Origin: an uncultured cyanobacterium
GTDB taxonomy: Bacteria > Cyanobacteriota > Cyanobacteriia > PCC-6307 > Cyanobiaceae
Reading direction: 5' to 3'
Assembly: GCA_963697335.1 (NCBI GenBank)
Contig: CAVONQ010000008.1
Span: 54,487 to 118,486, forward strand
DNA: 64,000 nucleotides
In this document: piece by piece, positions 30,035-40,059 of the stretch
How the letters are laid out: each line of letters starts with the position of its first letter
Numbering within the stretch: position 1 is the first letter of the stretch
Position numbers and translations under genes: made by a program
Notes under the pieces: model-generated
What the model was told of the DNA's origin: nothing
Databases searched by the model: none
What the model saw: only the letters and a program-made list of their open reading frames with translations

Positions 30035-31036
30035 CTAGGCGCGCTCCGCCGTCCTCTGGTGGCCCCCGTCGGCATCTGCTGGCAGCAGATTGATCTGGTA
30101 GAGGGTGTCTTCGAGGGCATCGGCGGCCAGCTCGCCTGCCCAGCGCTGGGGGTACTTGGCCGTGCAGCAGCTGCTGAAGGGCTGCAGCACCGTGGTGGGC
30201 CGCGGATGGCAGAACTGCACCACGCTCAGGCGGGGGTCGGTGGCGCCAGGATCAGCCATCACCCTGTGCCAGCCGCTGGGGATGAGGCCATTGCTGAGCC
30301 GCTCCAGCATCAGGCCGCTGTTGAGGATCACGTGACCGTCCGGAGGTGTGGCTGGCAGCCAGGTCTCCCCCACCAGCACCTGTAGCCCCGGGGCTGTGGC
30401 CCGGGGCAGGGCCGTGATCAGGTTGATATCGGCGTGGGGGGCGGCCCACAGGTGGCCCCCCGCCGGCGCCTGTGGCATCGGCGGATAGTGCACCGCCCTG
30501 GTGAGGGTGGGCGCCTCGGCCACCATTGCCTCGAAGATCGCCTCATCGAGCCCCAGCCCCAGGGCGATCACCCGCAGGAATCGGCGCTGCAGGTCGGCGA
30601 TGGTGGCGTGGAAGGCCGTGAGCACGGCGCTGATGCCGGGCACCGCAGCCTCCGGCAGACATTGCTGCGGGTAGAGCAGGGGATAGCGCCGGCGCAGGGG
30701 GTGGTGCGGCGCAATCGGCTCTGCCCAGTTGAGCATCTCCTTCCAGTCGGCGCAGGGCGCCCCGGCGGCGGTTTCCACCAGGGTGCCGGTGTAGCCGGTC
30801 TGCCCCCCGGCGCCTTCCACCCGGAAGGCCTGCTTCTGGGTGGAGGGCAGTTGGAAGAACTGCCCCAGCAGGCCATACGCCTCATCCAGGAGGTCCTGGG
30901 GCAGGTCGTGGCTGGTGGTCACAAAGCCGGTGGCCAGGCTGCGACGCACCCCATCCACCACCGCCTCCCGGGCGCGCTGGTCGCCCCGCTCAAAGCGCAG
31001 CAGGTCAACGTCGAGAACACAAGGCTCAGCTGGCAT
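30035..31036 (-). CDS. 2OG-Fe(II) oxygenase, isopenicillin N synthase family
   Basis: DWKEML, HYPP, HADINLIT (HxD), WHRV, RLS. Confidence 0.88.
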   Translation of the reverse strand: MPAEPCVLDVDLLRFERGDQRAREAVVDGVRRSLATGFVTTSHDLPQDLLDEAYGLLGQFFQLPSTQKQAFRVEGAGGQTGYTGTLVETAAGAPCADWKEMLNWAEPIAPHHPLRRRYPLLYPQQCLPEAAVPGISAVLTAFHATIADLQRRFLRVIALGLGLDEAIFEAMVAEAPTLTRAVHYPPMPQAPAGGHLWAAPHADINLITALPRATAPGLQVLVGETWLPATPPDGHVILNSGLMLERLSNGLIPSGWHRVMADPGATDPRLSVVQFCHPRPTTVLQPFSSCCTAKYPQRWAGELAADALEDTLYQINLLPADADGGHQRTAERA

Positions 31037-31047
31037 CGCGACGCCGC

Positions 31048-31326
31048 TCAGCGCACACTGACGCCTTTCCAGAAGGCCACGCGGCCCTGGATCTGGCGGG
31101 CGGCCTCCTTGGGTTCCGGGTAGGTCCACACGGCGTTGGCGTTCACCGCACCGTCCACCACCACGTCGTAGTAGTGGGCCTCCCCCTTCCAGCCGCAGAC
31201 GCTGCGGTGTTCCGAGGGCCGCACCAGTGCCTTGTTGAGGGCCTCGAAGGGGAAATAGGCGTTCCCCTCCACCATCACGATGTCGTCGCTGCTGGCAATC
31301 ACGGCACCCTTCCAGCTCGCTTCCAT
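31048..31326 (-). CDS. DUF427 protein
   Basis: VEGNAYFP, CGWKGEAHYY, WTYPEPK, I.GRVAFWKGV. Confidence 0.9.
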   Translation of the reverse strand: MEASWKGAVIASSDDIVMVEGNAYFPFEALNKALVRPSEHRSVCGWKGEAHYYDVVVDGAVNANAVWTYPEPKEAARQIQGRVAFWKGVSVR

Positions 31327-31456
31327 GGTTCATCTGGCAATCGAATCCATCCTGCCGCTCGCCCAGGCCCGGTGCGCAGGTGCACACCGCTGGCTTGCCA
31401 AACCATGGCACTTCCCCTTCAGTGGAATGAAGTCTTAGGACTCAAGGGAGAGCGCG

Positions 31457-31660
31457 ATGGACCGACCCCCAGCCCTTGCCTCCTGGAGCCACCGCGGTTG
31501 CAGCGTTGAGCTGGCCGCTGAACCCTCAGCGGTTCCCCTGTTCCGCATCACCCATGGCAGCGGTGTGCCGCTCGGCCAGGTCTCGAACCTGGAGGAGGCC
31601 CGGGAGCTGATCGATCGGGAACTGCCCCTGCTGCGGCAACGTCTGGCCGCCTCTGCTTAA
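31457..31660 (+). CDS. Small hypothetical protein
   Basis: 67-aa ORF with a purine-rich RBS (AAGGGAGAG) and GC3-biased codons. Confidence 0.55.
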   Translation: MDRPPALASWSHRGCSVELAAEPSAVPLFRITHGSGVPLGQVSNLEEARELIDRELPLLRQRLAASA

Positions 31661-31770
31661 CGCCCACGCCTGAACGCCCCCGGGCCAGGCCGCCTCCGTT
31701 GACACTGGCAGCTGGGCCAAAGGGCGTTAGGACAGGGACATCAGCTGGGCGCCACAGCGCCAAGGCGTCC

Positions 31771-32372
31771 ATGAACCCCACCCTTTCGGCACGGTTGCTG
31801 ACGCGGCGCTCGGATGGCTTCTTCCGGGCCCATCCGCCGGCCCCCTGGGATGCGGTGCTGGAAACCCCCGTGGCGCTCCAGGCTCTGGCCCTTGTCCAGC
31901 CTGTCGCGGCCCCTGATCCCAGTGCAGACCTGGGAGTGTGGGAACCGCAGGTCATGGAGAAGGTGCTGCCCTTCCAGCAGCAGCTCACCCCGGGAGTCAC
32001 CGTTGCGGCTGCCGCCTTGGAATCTGCGGCTGCTGCCCTGGAATCACAGACCGCGGAAGCTCCGACAGCAAGCGCCGTGACGGAGGAGAAGGGCCAGCAG
32101 AGCTTGCTCCAGCCCCCACCCAAGACCCAGGCGCCGCCCCCGAGCTCCTGGTGCTGGCGTTGATGGCGGTGGTGTGGCTGGTCGATGGCTGGCTGGCCCT
32201 GCGCCAGGGCCTGAGGCGCCGCCCCACGTCAGCCGCCACCACCGCGGCCGAGTGCAAGGCCAGCGGAGTGTCCGGAACTCCCCGGCTGCCATACCAGGCT
32301 GGGATGGCCCCGGCCGGAAGCCCCCCGGCGGCCCCCAGGAGCCGCCGCCCTCCCCCGGTGCTGGTGGCATGA
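31771..32372 (+). pseudogene. Hypothetical membrane protein, probable single frameshift near 32115
   Basis: The ORF from ATG 31771 shifts at a C-rich run into a frame with TM segment ELLVLALMAVVWLVDGWL. That frame ends in an ATGA overlap with the next gene. Confidence 0.4.
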
Positions 32373-32641
32373 ACGGGGCCACCCCAGCGGAGCCGTCGCC
32401 GACTCTGTCCCTGGGCCCGGACGACTGGCGCCGGGTCCGCGCCGCCCTCCTCTACATGGGGCGGGATCTGCATCACCGCTCGTATGCCGTCACATCGGAG
32501 CGGAGAGAATTGCTCTGGCAGGAGATGGATGCCTGCCTGGCCTTGGCGGCTCGGATCCCGGCCGATGGCCAGGATGAGCTGTCAACCGGGCCGGCTGCGG
32601 CAATCATGGGTGCTGCCGACCCCCCAGCACCAAATGCCTGA
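32369..32641 (+). CDS. Small hypothetical protein
   Basis: ATGA-coupled start; helical DWRRVRAALLYMGRDLHHRSY..LWQEMD. Confidence 0.55.
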   Translation: MNGATPAEPSPTLSLGPDDWRRVRAALLYMGRDLHHRSYAVTSERRELLWQEMDACLALAARIPADGQDELSTGPAAAIMGAADPPAPNA

Positions 32642-33312
32642 GCCACGCCCGGCCCCTCGTTCGTCCGCTCCTCAGACCGTCCTGAACCCTGGCCTGGCCA
32701 GACGGCGCTGGCGCCGCTCTGGCCAGTGCGGCCCTGGCCGTCGGCTTGCCACTGGCCTTGCCTGTCGCCGCCGGCGCCATGCCCGCCGCAGGGGCCGGGG
32801 AGCCCGGTGTGGCCCGCCTGAGCGGCGAGGCCGTCTACGGCTTCGGCTGTGTCGAAGCCCAGGGGAGCTACTGGATCGGTCTCGGCCTGATCCCGAAACC
32901 CTCTTTCAATGTGGTGACTAACCCGCTGGCCGTGCCGCCCCTCAGCACCACGCGCCTGGCCCCTGTGGCTCAGATCACTGGCGCCGTGGGGGCGGGATCG
33001 ATCGCCCACCGCTGCACCAGCATCGCCACCCGTCTCACTAACCTGGCCCTGGCCACCGGCACCGCTTCGCCCCTGGGCATCCTCACCCTCACGGAGTTCC
33101 TGCAGGCTGGGGTGGTGGCGGGCCAGCCGGTGATCGCCATCGGCCAGCTGGCCCTGCCCGACGTGCTGGCCACCCTGCCCCAGGGCAGCGATCCCCAGCA
33201 GGCCCTGGACCGCGTCAGCGAGCGCATCCGCAGTGTGTCCACCGGCCCGGCCATCGCCGAGGTGCTGCTGCGGGAGGGGCTGGTGGAGTTTGTCGAGGTG
33301 CCGCTCGACTGA
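32634..33312 (+). CDS. Secreted COP23-like protein (probable frameshift near 32715 in the signal region)
   Basis: FGC...RCTSIATRL...GVVAGQPVI...VLATLPQGSDPQQAL resembles the COP23 domain. The signal peptide is split across two frames. Confidence 0.5.
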
Positions 33313-33346
33313 GCTCTGGGAGCCGCTCCAGGGGCATGGCGGCTGG

Positions 33347-35785
33347 TCAGCCAAGAGAGTCGGGCTCCAGCCGCTTGTGGCCCCCCAAGGCTTCGAGCCA
33401 CACCAGCACGGCCAGCCAGTGCAGACCCACCGCCGACCAGAGCGAGCCGGTGAGGCTGTAGATGAGCACGCAGGCGCCACCCAGCAGGGTGCACTGCAAC
33501 AGGAAGCGGGGGTCGTCAGAGACGGCCCGCCCCTGGGGGTACCAGAGGCGCCCCGCCAGGGGGTGGTAGGCCACGAACAGTCCCACGCTCAGGGCCCCCC
33601 AGGCCGCCATGGCGGCGGCGGGCACGCCTTCGAGGGGATGGGGCAGCAGCAGGCCCCGGAAGATCAGCTCCTCCACCAGCGCCGGCAGCACCAGCAGAGC
33701 AGCGGCGCGGCGCAGCAGGCCAGGCCAGCCTCCTCCGCCCGGCCGTCCCCAGCGCCAGGGTCCGTGCAGGAAGCCGCTGCCGAATCCCAGCCCCAGGGCC
33801 AGGGCGCCGTAGAGCAGCAGCACCAGCACCGAAAAGCCCAGGGGAGCCCCCAGCAAGGGCGGCACCAGCCCATCCATCAGCCGCGGCACCAGGGTGCCCA
33901 CCACCGGCAGATGGCCCAGCAGGGTGGTGGGGGCCACCGGCTCCAGCGCGGGGTTGTTGCCGGGGATCTGGTTGGTGCGCAGGATCCAGAGCGGCAGCCC
34001 CTGGCGCAGGAAGACGGTGGCGAGGCCGTCGTGGGCGCGGCGCGGCAGCATCGAGCGCAGGCTGAGCAGCACCGCCACCGGACCCTGGCTGGTCATGAAG
34101 GCGGGCTGGGCGGCGCCGCCCGCGGAGTCCTGGCGCAAACCCGTGCCGGCCATGGCGGTGACGCGGGCGTTGTGGCGCCAGTCGGGGCGCACCATGCCGA
34201 AGGGCGTGAGCAGCTCCTCCAGGCCCCGCCCCAGGCGACTCAGGCGGCTGTCCGGATCGGGCGCGACACCGGCCAGCCGTTGTTCGGCGCGCAGTTGATC
34301 CAGGGCGATCCAGAGGGCCTGGCTGGAATCCTGCACACAGGAGGTGGCGGGCGTCACCAGGGCCACACCCTGGCCATCGCCGGTGCGGTAGCGGGCACTG
34401 ATGATTTCGGCCTGCAGGGCCAGGGCATCCAGCAGGGGGCCGTCCAGGGGCACCAGCACATCGGAGAAGGGGCGGGTGCCCAGCCAGCCCCGCTGCAGGT
34501 TGCCGGCGTAGGCGCTCCAGTCCTGACTGCCCGCAACGATGCCGTTTGGGTTGTTGGCATAGATCTGGTGGTAACGCAGATCGAGCTGGGGCTCGCCGCT
34601 GAATGGATCCACCACCACTTCGGCCTCGCCGAGGGCCAGATGGCCGGTGGTGGTCCAGGCCGGGGAGGGTTCGCCATCGCGGCCGCCGATGCCGCCGAAC
34701 AGATGGATCAACAGGGCCCGCTGGCCGGGGCTCGCCAAGGGCAGCTCGTCGGGCTCCGAGCTGAGGGCGGTGCTGGTCAGGGTGCCCCGGCGCAGGGCCG
34801 CCTCCGCCCAGTTCTCGCGGTTGATCTGCCTGAGGCCTGAGCTGGTGCCCCGCACGACCCGCGTCGGGCTGAGGCCCAGCAGGGCCCGCGGTTGCAGCGC
34901 CTGCACGGTGAACACCCCATCGGGGCCGGGGGCGCCGCTGATCAGCCACCCCTTGGGGTTCAGCTCCGAGGCCACCAGTCCGCTCGGATCCAGCATCACC
35001 CGCCCGAACCGATCCGGCGGCAACCGGGGAATCCTGATCGATTCCTCCACTCCGGAGAAGTCACGGCCGGAGCGGTCGTAGTGCCGCACCCGCCAGCGGT
35101 GCGGATCATCGCTGGCGCTGTCGGGCCCCAGCACGGTGACCAGCCCCAGCCAGCGCCCGCTGGTCTGCACCGGCGGCTTGCTGATCCGCAGCGTGTCGCC
35201 CTCAAGGCTCACCCCCTCCAGCCGCACACTGACGCTGTCCTGGGGGCGAGCCCCGGCCAGGGACTGCAGCGGCCCCACGGCCAGCCGGCCATCCAGGCGG
35301 GTGGGCACCACATTGGCGGCGGCGGCGGCCTCTCGGGCGGCCTGGCCCAGGCGCACATCGGTGCTCACCGCCTCCACCATGGCCTGCAGTCGGGGCTGGT
35401 CGGCCCAGGTGAGACCCAGCCGCTGGCCGATCAGGGCCTCCTGGCCAGGCGGCGCCTGCTCCAGATCCAGCCACACCCAGTCGCCGCGGCGCAGGGCCTT
35501 CTCCTCCACCGAGGGCAGGATCAGCCGGCCCATCCACTCGGCATGGGGCCGGTAGAGCTGCTGATCGGGCTTCAGGCCCAGGGGGTAGTAGGAGCTGTGG
35601 CTGAAGGGGGAGCGGTTGGCCAGGGCCTCGCTGCTCTCCGGCAGCGGGCGCTCCGGAGTGCCCTGGCGCAGCGGCACCGCCTGCAGCCCCGGGCGGAGCG
35701 GGCCCAGGGGCAGCAGGGCCAGCACCAGGGCCAGCAGCCCCCCCAGCAGGGTTCGGAGAGCACGCAGACGGGCAGAGCTGCTCAT
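33347..35785 (-). CDS. Large CPBP/CAAX (Abi) intramembrane protease with a long N-terminal domain
   Basis: C-terminal EELIFRG, FVAYHP, LHW; signal-like N-terminus. Coupled to sbcC. Confidence 0.8.
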   Translation of the reverse strand: MSSSARLRALRTLLGGLLALVLALLPLGPLRPGLQAVPLRQGTPERPLPESSEALANRSPFSHSSYYPLGLKPDQQLYRPHAEWMGRLILPSVEEKALRRGDWVWLDLEQAPPGQEALIGQRLGLTWADQPRLQAMVEAVSTDVRLGQAAREAAAAANVVPTRLDGRLAVGPLQSLAGARPQDSVSVRLEGVSLEGDTLRISKPPVQTSGRWLGLVTVLGPDSASDDPHRWRVRHYDRSGRDFSGVEESIRIPRLPPDRFGRVMLDPSGLVASELNPKGWLISGAPGPDGVFTVQALQPRALLGLSPTRVVRGTSSGLRQINRENWAEAALRRGTLTSTALSSEPDELPLASPGQRALLIHLFGGIGGRDGEPSPAWTTTGHLALGEAEVVVDPFSGEPQLDLRYHQIYANNPNGIVAGSQDWSAYAGNLQRGWLGTRPFSDVLVPLDGPLLDALALQAEIISARYRTGDGQGVALVTPATSCVQDSSQALWIALDQLRAEQRLAGVAPDPDSRLSRLGRGLEELLTPFGMVRPDWRHNARVTAMAGTGLRQDSAGGAAQPAFMTSQGPVAVLLSLRSMLPRRAHDGLATVFLRQGLPLWILRTNQIPGNNPALEPVAPTTLLGHLPVVGTLVPRLMDGLVPPLLGAPLGFSVLVLLLYGALALGLGFGSGFLHGPWRWGRPGGGGWPGLLRRAAALLVLPALVEELIFRGLLLPHPLEGVPAAAMAAWGALSVGLFVAYHPLAGRLWYPQGRAVSDDPRFLLQCTLLGGACVLIYSLTGSLWSAVGLHWLAVLVWLEALGGHKRLEPDSLG

Positions 35786-38700
35786 GGTGCTGTCACCGTA
35801 CCCAGCACCACGCGGGAGCCCCGCTCCGAGGCGATCACCTCCAGCCCGCAGCGAATCCGCTCCCGCAGGGCCCCCACGTGGCTGATCAGGCCGATCATGC
35901 GTCCGCCCTCCCGCAGGCGATCCAGCTCATCCATGGCCAGTTGCAGGCTGTCCGCATCGAGGCTGCCGAACCCCTCGTCGATGAACAGCGTGTCCAGGGC
36001 CACGCCACCACTGTGGGCCTGCACCGTATCCGCCACCCCCAGGGCCAGGGCCAGGGAGGCCTGGAAGGTCTCACCCCCCGACAGGCTCGACACCTCCCGC
36101 TCCTCCGCGGTGAAGGCATCCAGCACCCGCAGGCCGAGGCCCGCCTGGCTGCCGCGCCGCTGGCCGCTGGCATCGGAGAGCCGCAGTTCGTAGCGGCCTG
36201 CGGTCATCTGGCCCAGCCGCTGGTTGGCATAGCCACAGATCTCCTCCAGATAGGCGGAGAGCACCCAGCGCTGCAGGGAGATGTTCGGTTCGCTCCTGCC
36301 CTGGCAGCGGGCCGCCACCCCCTGCACCAGGTCGCTGTGGGTCAGCGCTTCGGCGAGCGCGTTCTCCCCCTGACGATGCCGCGCCACCAGGCCACTGATC
36401 CCGGCGCAGGCGGCTTCGGCGCGGGTGAAGCGGGCCAGGGCGGCTGTTCGGGCCACATCGCTGGCGGCCAGGGCCGCCTCGGCGCCGGCCAGGTCTGGGC
36501 TGGTTTCGGGGAGCTGCTGCAGGGCCGGCTCGGCGAGCACCTTCTGCTGCAGCTGCAGCTCCAGGTCGAACTGCCGCAGACGGGTGGTCCAGTCCTGGCG
36601 CTGCTCCGTCGCGGCGAGGGCCTCGGCCAGGGCGCGGCGATCGGCGAAGTGCGCTGCCGCCAGGTCGGCGTCCAGACGGCGCTGCGCCTCCGCGTCCCGG
36701 GCATCCGCCGTGCTCCCCAGCCGGGCCGCCTCCGCCAGGGCCTCGAAACCCGCCCGCAGCGCCAGGACCTCCTCGAGCAGGGGGCCGGGGTCCAGGTTGC
36801 CCCCCAGGCTCTGGAGCAGCCGGGCCTGCAACGCGGCGGCGTGCTGCTGTTGCTGGGCCAGCCGCTCCCGGTGGCTGCCGCCTTCCTCCCGCAGCTCCTC
36901 CAGCCGCTGGCGGTAGCGCTTCAGCCGCAGTTCGACGCCGGCGAAGTCCTGCTCCAGCTGCGGCAGCGCCTTGGCGTCCAGCTGGGCCTTGCTGAGGGCC
37001 GCCTGGGCCGTCGCCCAGGCCTGCTGGGCAGGCCCGGTGTCAGGGTTGTTGCCCCAACCCAGCTGCCGCAGCTGGGCCTCCAGGCCCTCCAGCAGCGCCT
37101 GCTGCCGCGCCTGGCTGCTGCGGGCTTCTGAAAGCGCCTGGGTGGCCAGCTCCAGCTGGCGCTCCGCCGCCTGCATGGCCTGATCAGCCACCGCATCGGC
37201 CTGCTCCGCCGCCGGCTGGGGATGGTCCAGGGAGCCACAGACCGGGCAGGCCTCGCCGGTCCGCAGGCCTGCGGCCAGGCGGGCCGCCATGCCCTGGAGC
37301 TGCCGTTCGCGCAGGTCCAGCTGGTGACCACGCGCCTGCTGTTGCCGCGCTTCCGCCTTCAGGACATCCCCTGCAGTGCTCCCCAGCTGCTTCTGGGCCT
37401 GTTGCCACTGCTGCAGGGTCTGGGTGAGGGCCTGGGCCGCCCTGGCCCTCTGCTCCAGCCCCGCCAGTCCATCCCGGGCGGAGCGGCAGACCTGCAGCCG
37501 CTCCAGCAGGCTGGTGCGACCCTGCTCCTGCTCGGCCACCTTCTCCTCGCCCTGGCGGCTGCGGTCCGTGGCCTCCTGGAGGGCCCGGCTCACCTCCTGA
37601 ATCGTCTGCCGGGCCTGGTGGGCCTCCCCAGCCAGCAGCAGCAGCTGTTCCAGCTCCCGCTCCCGGGCGGCGAGCAGGTTGAGGCTGCCGGTGAGGACCC
37701 TGGGCTCGGGACACTGCTGCAGATCCAGCTGGGCCAGGGCTTCTGGCAGCTGCTGGGCCCGATCCCGCTGGTGCCGCACCTTGTCGAGCTGCTCAGCGCA
37801 GCTCCTGGCCGCCTGGTCCAGCTGCTGCTGGGCGGCGGCGGCGGCCTCCAGGCTGGCGCGCACGGCCTCGGCGCGCTCGGCGCGCTCAAGCACTTGCCTC
37901 AGGGCGGTGATCGCTGGCAGCTCCTGCTCCAGGGCCTGCAGCCGCAGGCGAGCCAGCTGGCGCCGTTGCCACTGCTCCAGCTGGCTGCGGCAGTCCCCCA
38001 GGGCGCACTGGCTGCGGCTGAAGGCCGCATCTGCCGCTGAAAGCTGCTCCCTGGCCTGCCGTAGCAGGCTCTCCATGGCGCCCTTTACGGCATCGAGGTC
38101 AGGGGGGGCACCATCGGTGCGTGCCAGCTCCTGCGCCGATTCCAACTGCCAGGGCGCCCAGGCCTCGGCGATCTGGCTGAGGGTGTGCTGCTGCTGGCTC
38201 TGACGCTGCTCCAGCTGCTCCCGGGCCTGCCTGGCCTGCTCCGTGAGCCACTCCGTGGCCCGTTGATAGAGGGCCGTGTCGAAGAGGGTCTTGAGCAGGG
38301 TTTCGCGCTCCTCGGGCCTGGCCCGCAGCACATCCGCGAAGCGACCCTGGGGCAGCAGGATCACCTGCCGGAACTGGGCGGCGTCCAGCCCGACCAGCCG
38401 TCCGACCTCGCGCCCCACCTCGGCGATCCCGGAGGCCACCGGTTGCCGCTCCTCCCCCTGGCAGCGCCAGAGGGTGGCCCGGGCGGGCTTGCTGGTGGTG
38501 CCCTCGCCGCGGCTCTTGGCCACCTCGCAGGCGGCCTGCCGCTCCACCCGCCAGCGTCCTCCGGCGGCGGAGAACTCCAGCGCCACCTGGGGGATGGCCT
38601 GGGGCGGGGCATGGTCGGAGCGCAGGCCCTTGACGCTGCGCTCACCACTGACATCGCCGTAGAGGGCAAAGCAGAGGGCATCGAGCAGGTAGGTCTTGCC

Positions 38701-38817
38701 GGCGCCGGTGCTGCCGTGGATCAGGAACAGGCCATCGCGGGAGAGGGCATCGAAGGGGATCGTCACCGCCTCGGCGTAGGGCCCGAAGGCCTGCATTTCC
38801 AGCTGGTGGGGCCTCAA
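35782..38817 (-). CDS. sbcC: SbcC (Rad50-like ATPase)
   Basis: FGPY, GSTGAGKT, LPQGRF, CPVCGS hook, LSGGETF, FIDEGFGSLD, ISH. Confidence 0.95.
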   Translation of the reverse strand: MRPHQLEMQAFGPYAEAVTIPFDALSRDGLFLIHGSTGAGKTYLLDALCFALYGDVSGERSVKGLRSDHAPPQAIPQVALEFSAAGGRWRVERQAACEVAKSRGEGTTSKPARATLWRCQGEERQPVASGIAEVGREVGRLVGLDAAQFRQVILLPQGRFADVLRARPEERETLLKTLFDTALYQRATEWLTEQARQAREQLEQRQSQQQHTLSQIAEAWAPWQLESAQELARTDGAPPDLDAVKGAMESLLRQAREQLSAADAAFSRSQCALGDCRSQLEQWQRRQLARLRLQALEQELPAITALRQVLERAERAEAVRASLEAAAAAQQQLDQAARSCAEQLDKVRHQRDRAQQLPEALAQLDLQQCPEPRVLTGSLNLLAARERELEQLLLLAGEAHQARQTIQEVSRALQEATDRSRQGEEKVAEQEQGRTSLLERLQVCRSARDGLAGLEQRARAAQALTQTLQQWQQAQKQLGSTAGDVLKAEARQQQARGHQLDLRERQLQGMAARLAAGLRTGEACPVCGSLDHPQPAAEQADAVADQAMQAAERQLELATQALSEARSSQARQQALLEGLEAQLRQLGWGNNPDTGPAQQAWATAQAALSKAQLDAKALPQLEQDFAGVELRLKRYRQRLEELREEGGSHRERLAQQQQHAAALQARLLQSLGGNLDPGPLLEEVLALRAGFEALAEAARLGSTADARDAEAQRRLDADLAAAHFADRRALAEALAATEQRQDWTTRLRQFDLELQLQQKVLAEPALQQLPETSPDLAGAEAALAASDVARTAALARFTRAEAACAGISGLVARHRQGENALAEALTHSDLVQGVAARCQGRSEPNISLQRWVLSAYLEEICGYANQRLGQMTAGRYELRLSDASGQRRGSQAGLGLRVLDAFTAEEREVSSLSGGETFQASLALALGVADTVQAHSGGVALDTLFIDEGFGSLDADSLQLAMDELDRLREGGRMIGLISHVGALRERIRCGLEVIASERGSRVVLGTVTAP

Positions 38818-40019
38818 CGTTCCCCCGTCCGGTTGGCAGCAGCCAGGGCCTGGCGTAGCAGCTGCTCCTCCGCCGGCAGCGGGGGGCGGCCCTGCTGGTC
38901 GGCGAAGAAGGCCAGCAGGCGCTGTTCCGGACTGCGGGCGGCCCGGATCCGCTGGCTGCGGGCGCTGCTGCTGAGGGTTTCGCCCTCGGGACGCCGGTGC
39001 CGCAGTTCCACCACGTGGGGGAAGCGCTGCCGCAGCCGCGCCATCGCCTGCTGGGGCAGCAGCGGATCGGTGAGCTCGGCCCGCACCCAGGCCTGCTCGG
39101 CGGCGGCCAGATCGGGATCCCGGAGCAGCTGCTCCAGGCTGCCGCTGAGGCTGCGCAGGGGCCGCCCCACCCCCAGGGGCACCACCTCCACCCTGGGGGT
39201 GCCATCGGCGGCGAGCTCCACCAGCCGCACCGACTTCACGTGGCTCTCCTCCGAGAAGGAGTAGGGCAGGGGGGTGCCGCTGTAGGCGAGGCGAGGGCCA
39301 TCCAGCTCCTGGGAGCGGTGCAGGTGGCCCAGGGCCACGTAGTGAAACCCCCCGAATAGGGCCACGGGCACCGCTTCGGCATGGCCCACCGAGAGTTCCC
39401 GCTCCGACTCCGAACTGGTGCCCCCCGCCACGAAGGCATGGGCCACCAGCACCGAGCGGCTGCCCGGGCGGCGGGCCAGGTCGGCGCGGATGCGGTTGAG
39501 GGCCAGCTCGGTGACCTCCGGATGGCGCAGGCGCTGGCTGCTGGGGGGCTGCTCCGCCTCCTGTTGCAGTCCGGGTCCATCCAGCAGCGGCTCCAGGTAG
39601 GGCAGCGGATAGATGGCCACGGGGCTGCCGCCCTGGCGGGGGCTGAGCAGCACGGGTTGATCGGAGCGCTGCCAGCGCCCCCGGATCGTCACCTCCAGGG
39701 CCGAGAGCAGCTCGTCGTACACCGACACGCGCACGTGGGAGTCGTGGTTGCCGGCGATCGCCACCACCGCGGCCCCGTTGCTGCGCAGGCGGGCCACGGT
39801 GTCGGTGAACAGGCGCACCGCCTCCGCCGGCGGGATGGCGCGGTCGTAGAGGTCGCCGGCGATCACCACCAGCTCCACCGCCGCCTCGCGGCTGAGTTCC
39901 ACCAGCCGGTCCATGGCCTCGGCCTGGGCGGCCAGCAGGTCATGGCCGTGGAAGCTGCGGCCCAGATGCCAGTCGGAGGTGTGCAGCAGCCGCACCGCAG
40001 GGCCCTCACTCACCGCCAT
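38814..40019 (-). CDS. sbcD: SbcD (Mre11-like nuclease)
   Basis: HTSDWHLG, AGDLYD, GNHDS, ALGHLH, YSGTPLPYSFSE. Confidence 0.95.
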   Translation of the reverse strand: MAVSEGPAVRLLHTSDWHLGRSFHGHDLLAAQAEAMDRLVELSREAAVELVVIAGDLYDRAIPPAEAVRLFTDTVARLRSNGAAVVAIAGNHDSHVRVSVYDELLSALEVTIRGRWQRSDQPVLLSPRQGGSPVAIYPLPYLEPLLDGPGLQQEAEQPPSSQRLRHPEVTELALNRIRADLARRPGSRSVLVAHAFVAGGTSSESERELSVGHAEAVPVALFGGFHYVALGHLHRSQELDGPRLAYSGTPLPYSFSEESHVKSVRLVELAADGTPRVEVVPLGVGRPLRSLSGSLEQLLRDPDLAAAEQAWVRAELTDPLLPQQAMARLRQRFPHVVELRHRRPEGETLSSSARSQRIRAARSPEQRLLAFFADQQGRPPLPAEEQLLRQALAAANRTGER

Positions 40020-40059
40020 TGTGGAGCCTGCGTCCGCCGGGCCCGGCCCGGCCGTGTCG

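Noticed and set aside
31658..31729. 8-bp inverted repeat TAACGCCC/GGGCGTTA around a TTGACA
   Set aside because: Long unstructured loop and no -10 at proper spacing; insufficient support.
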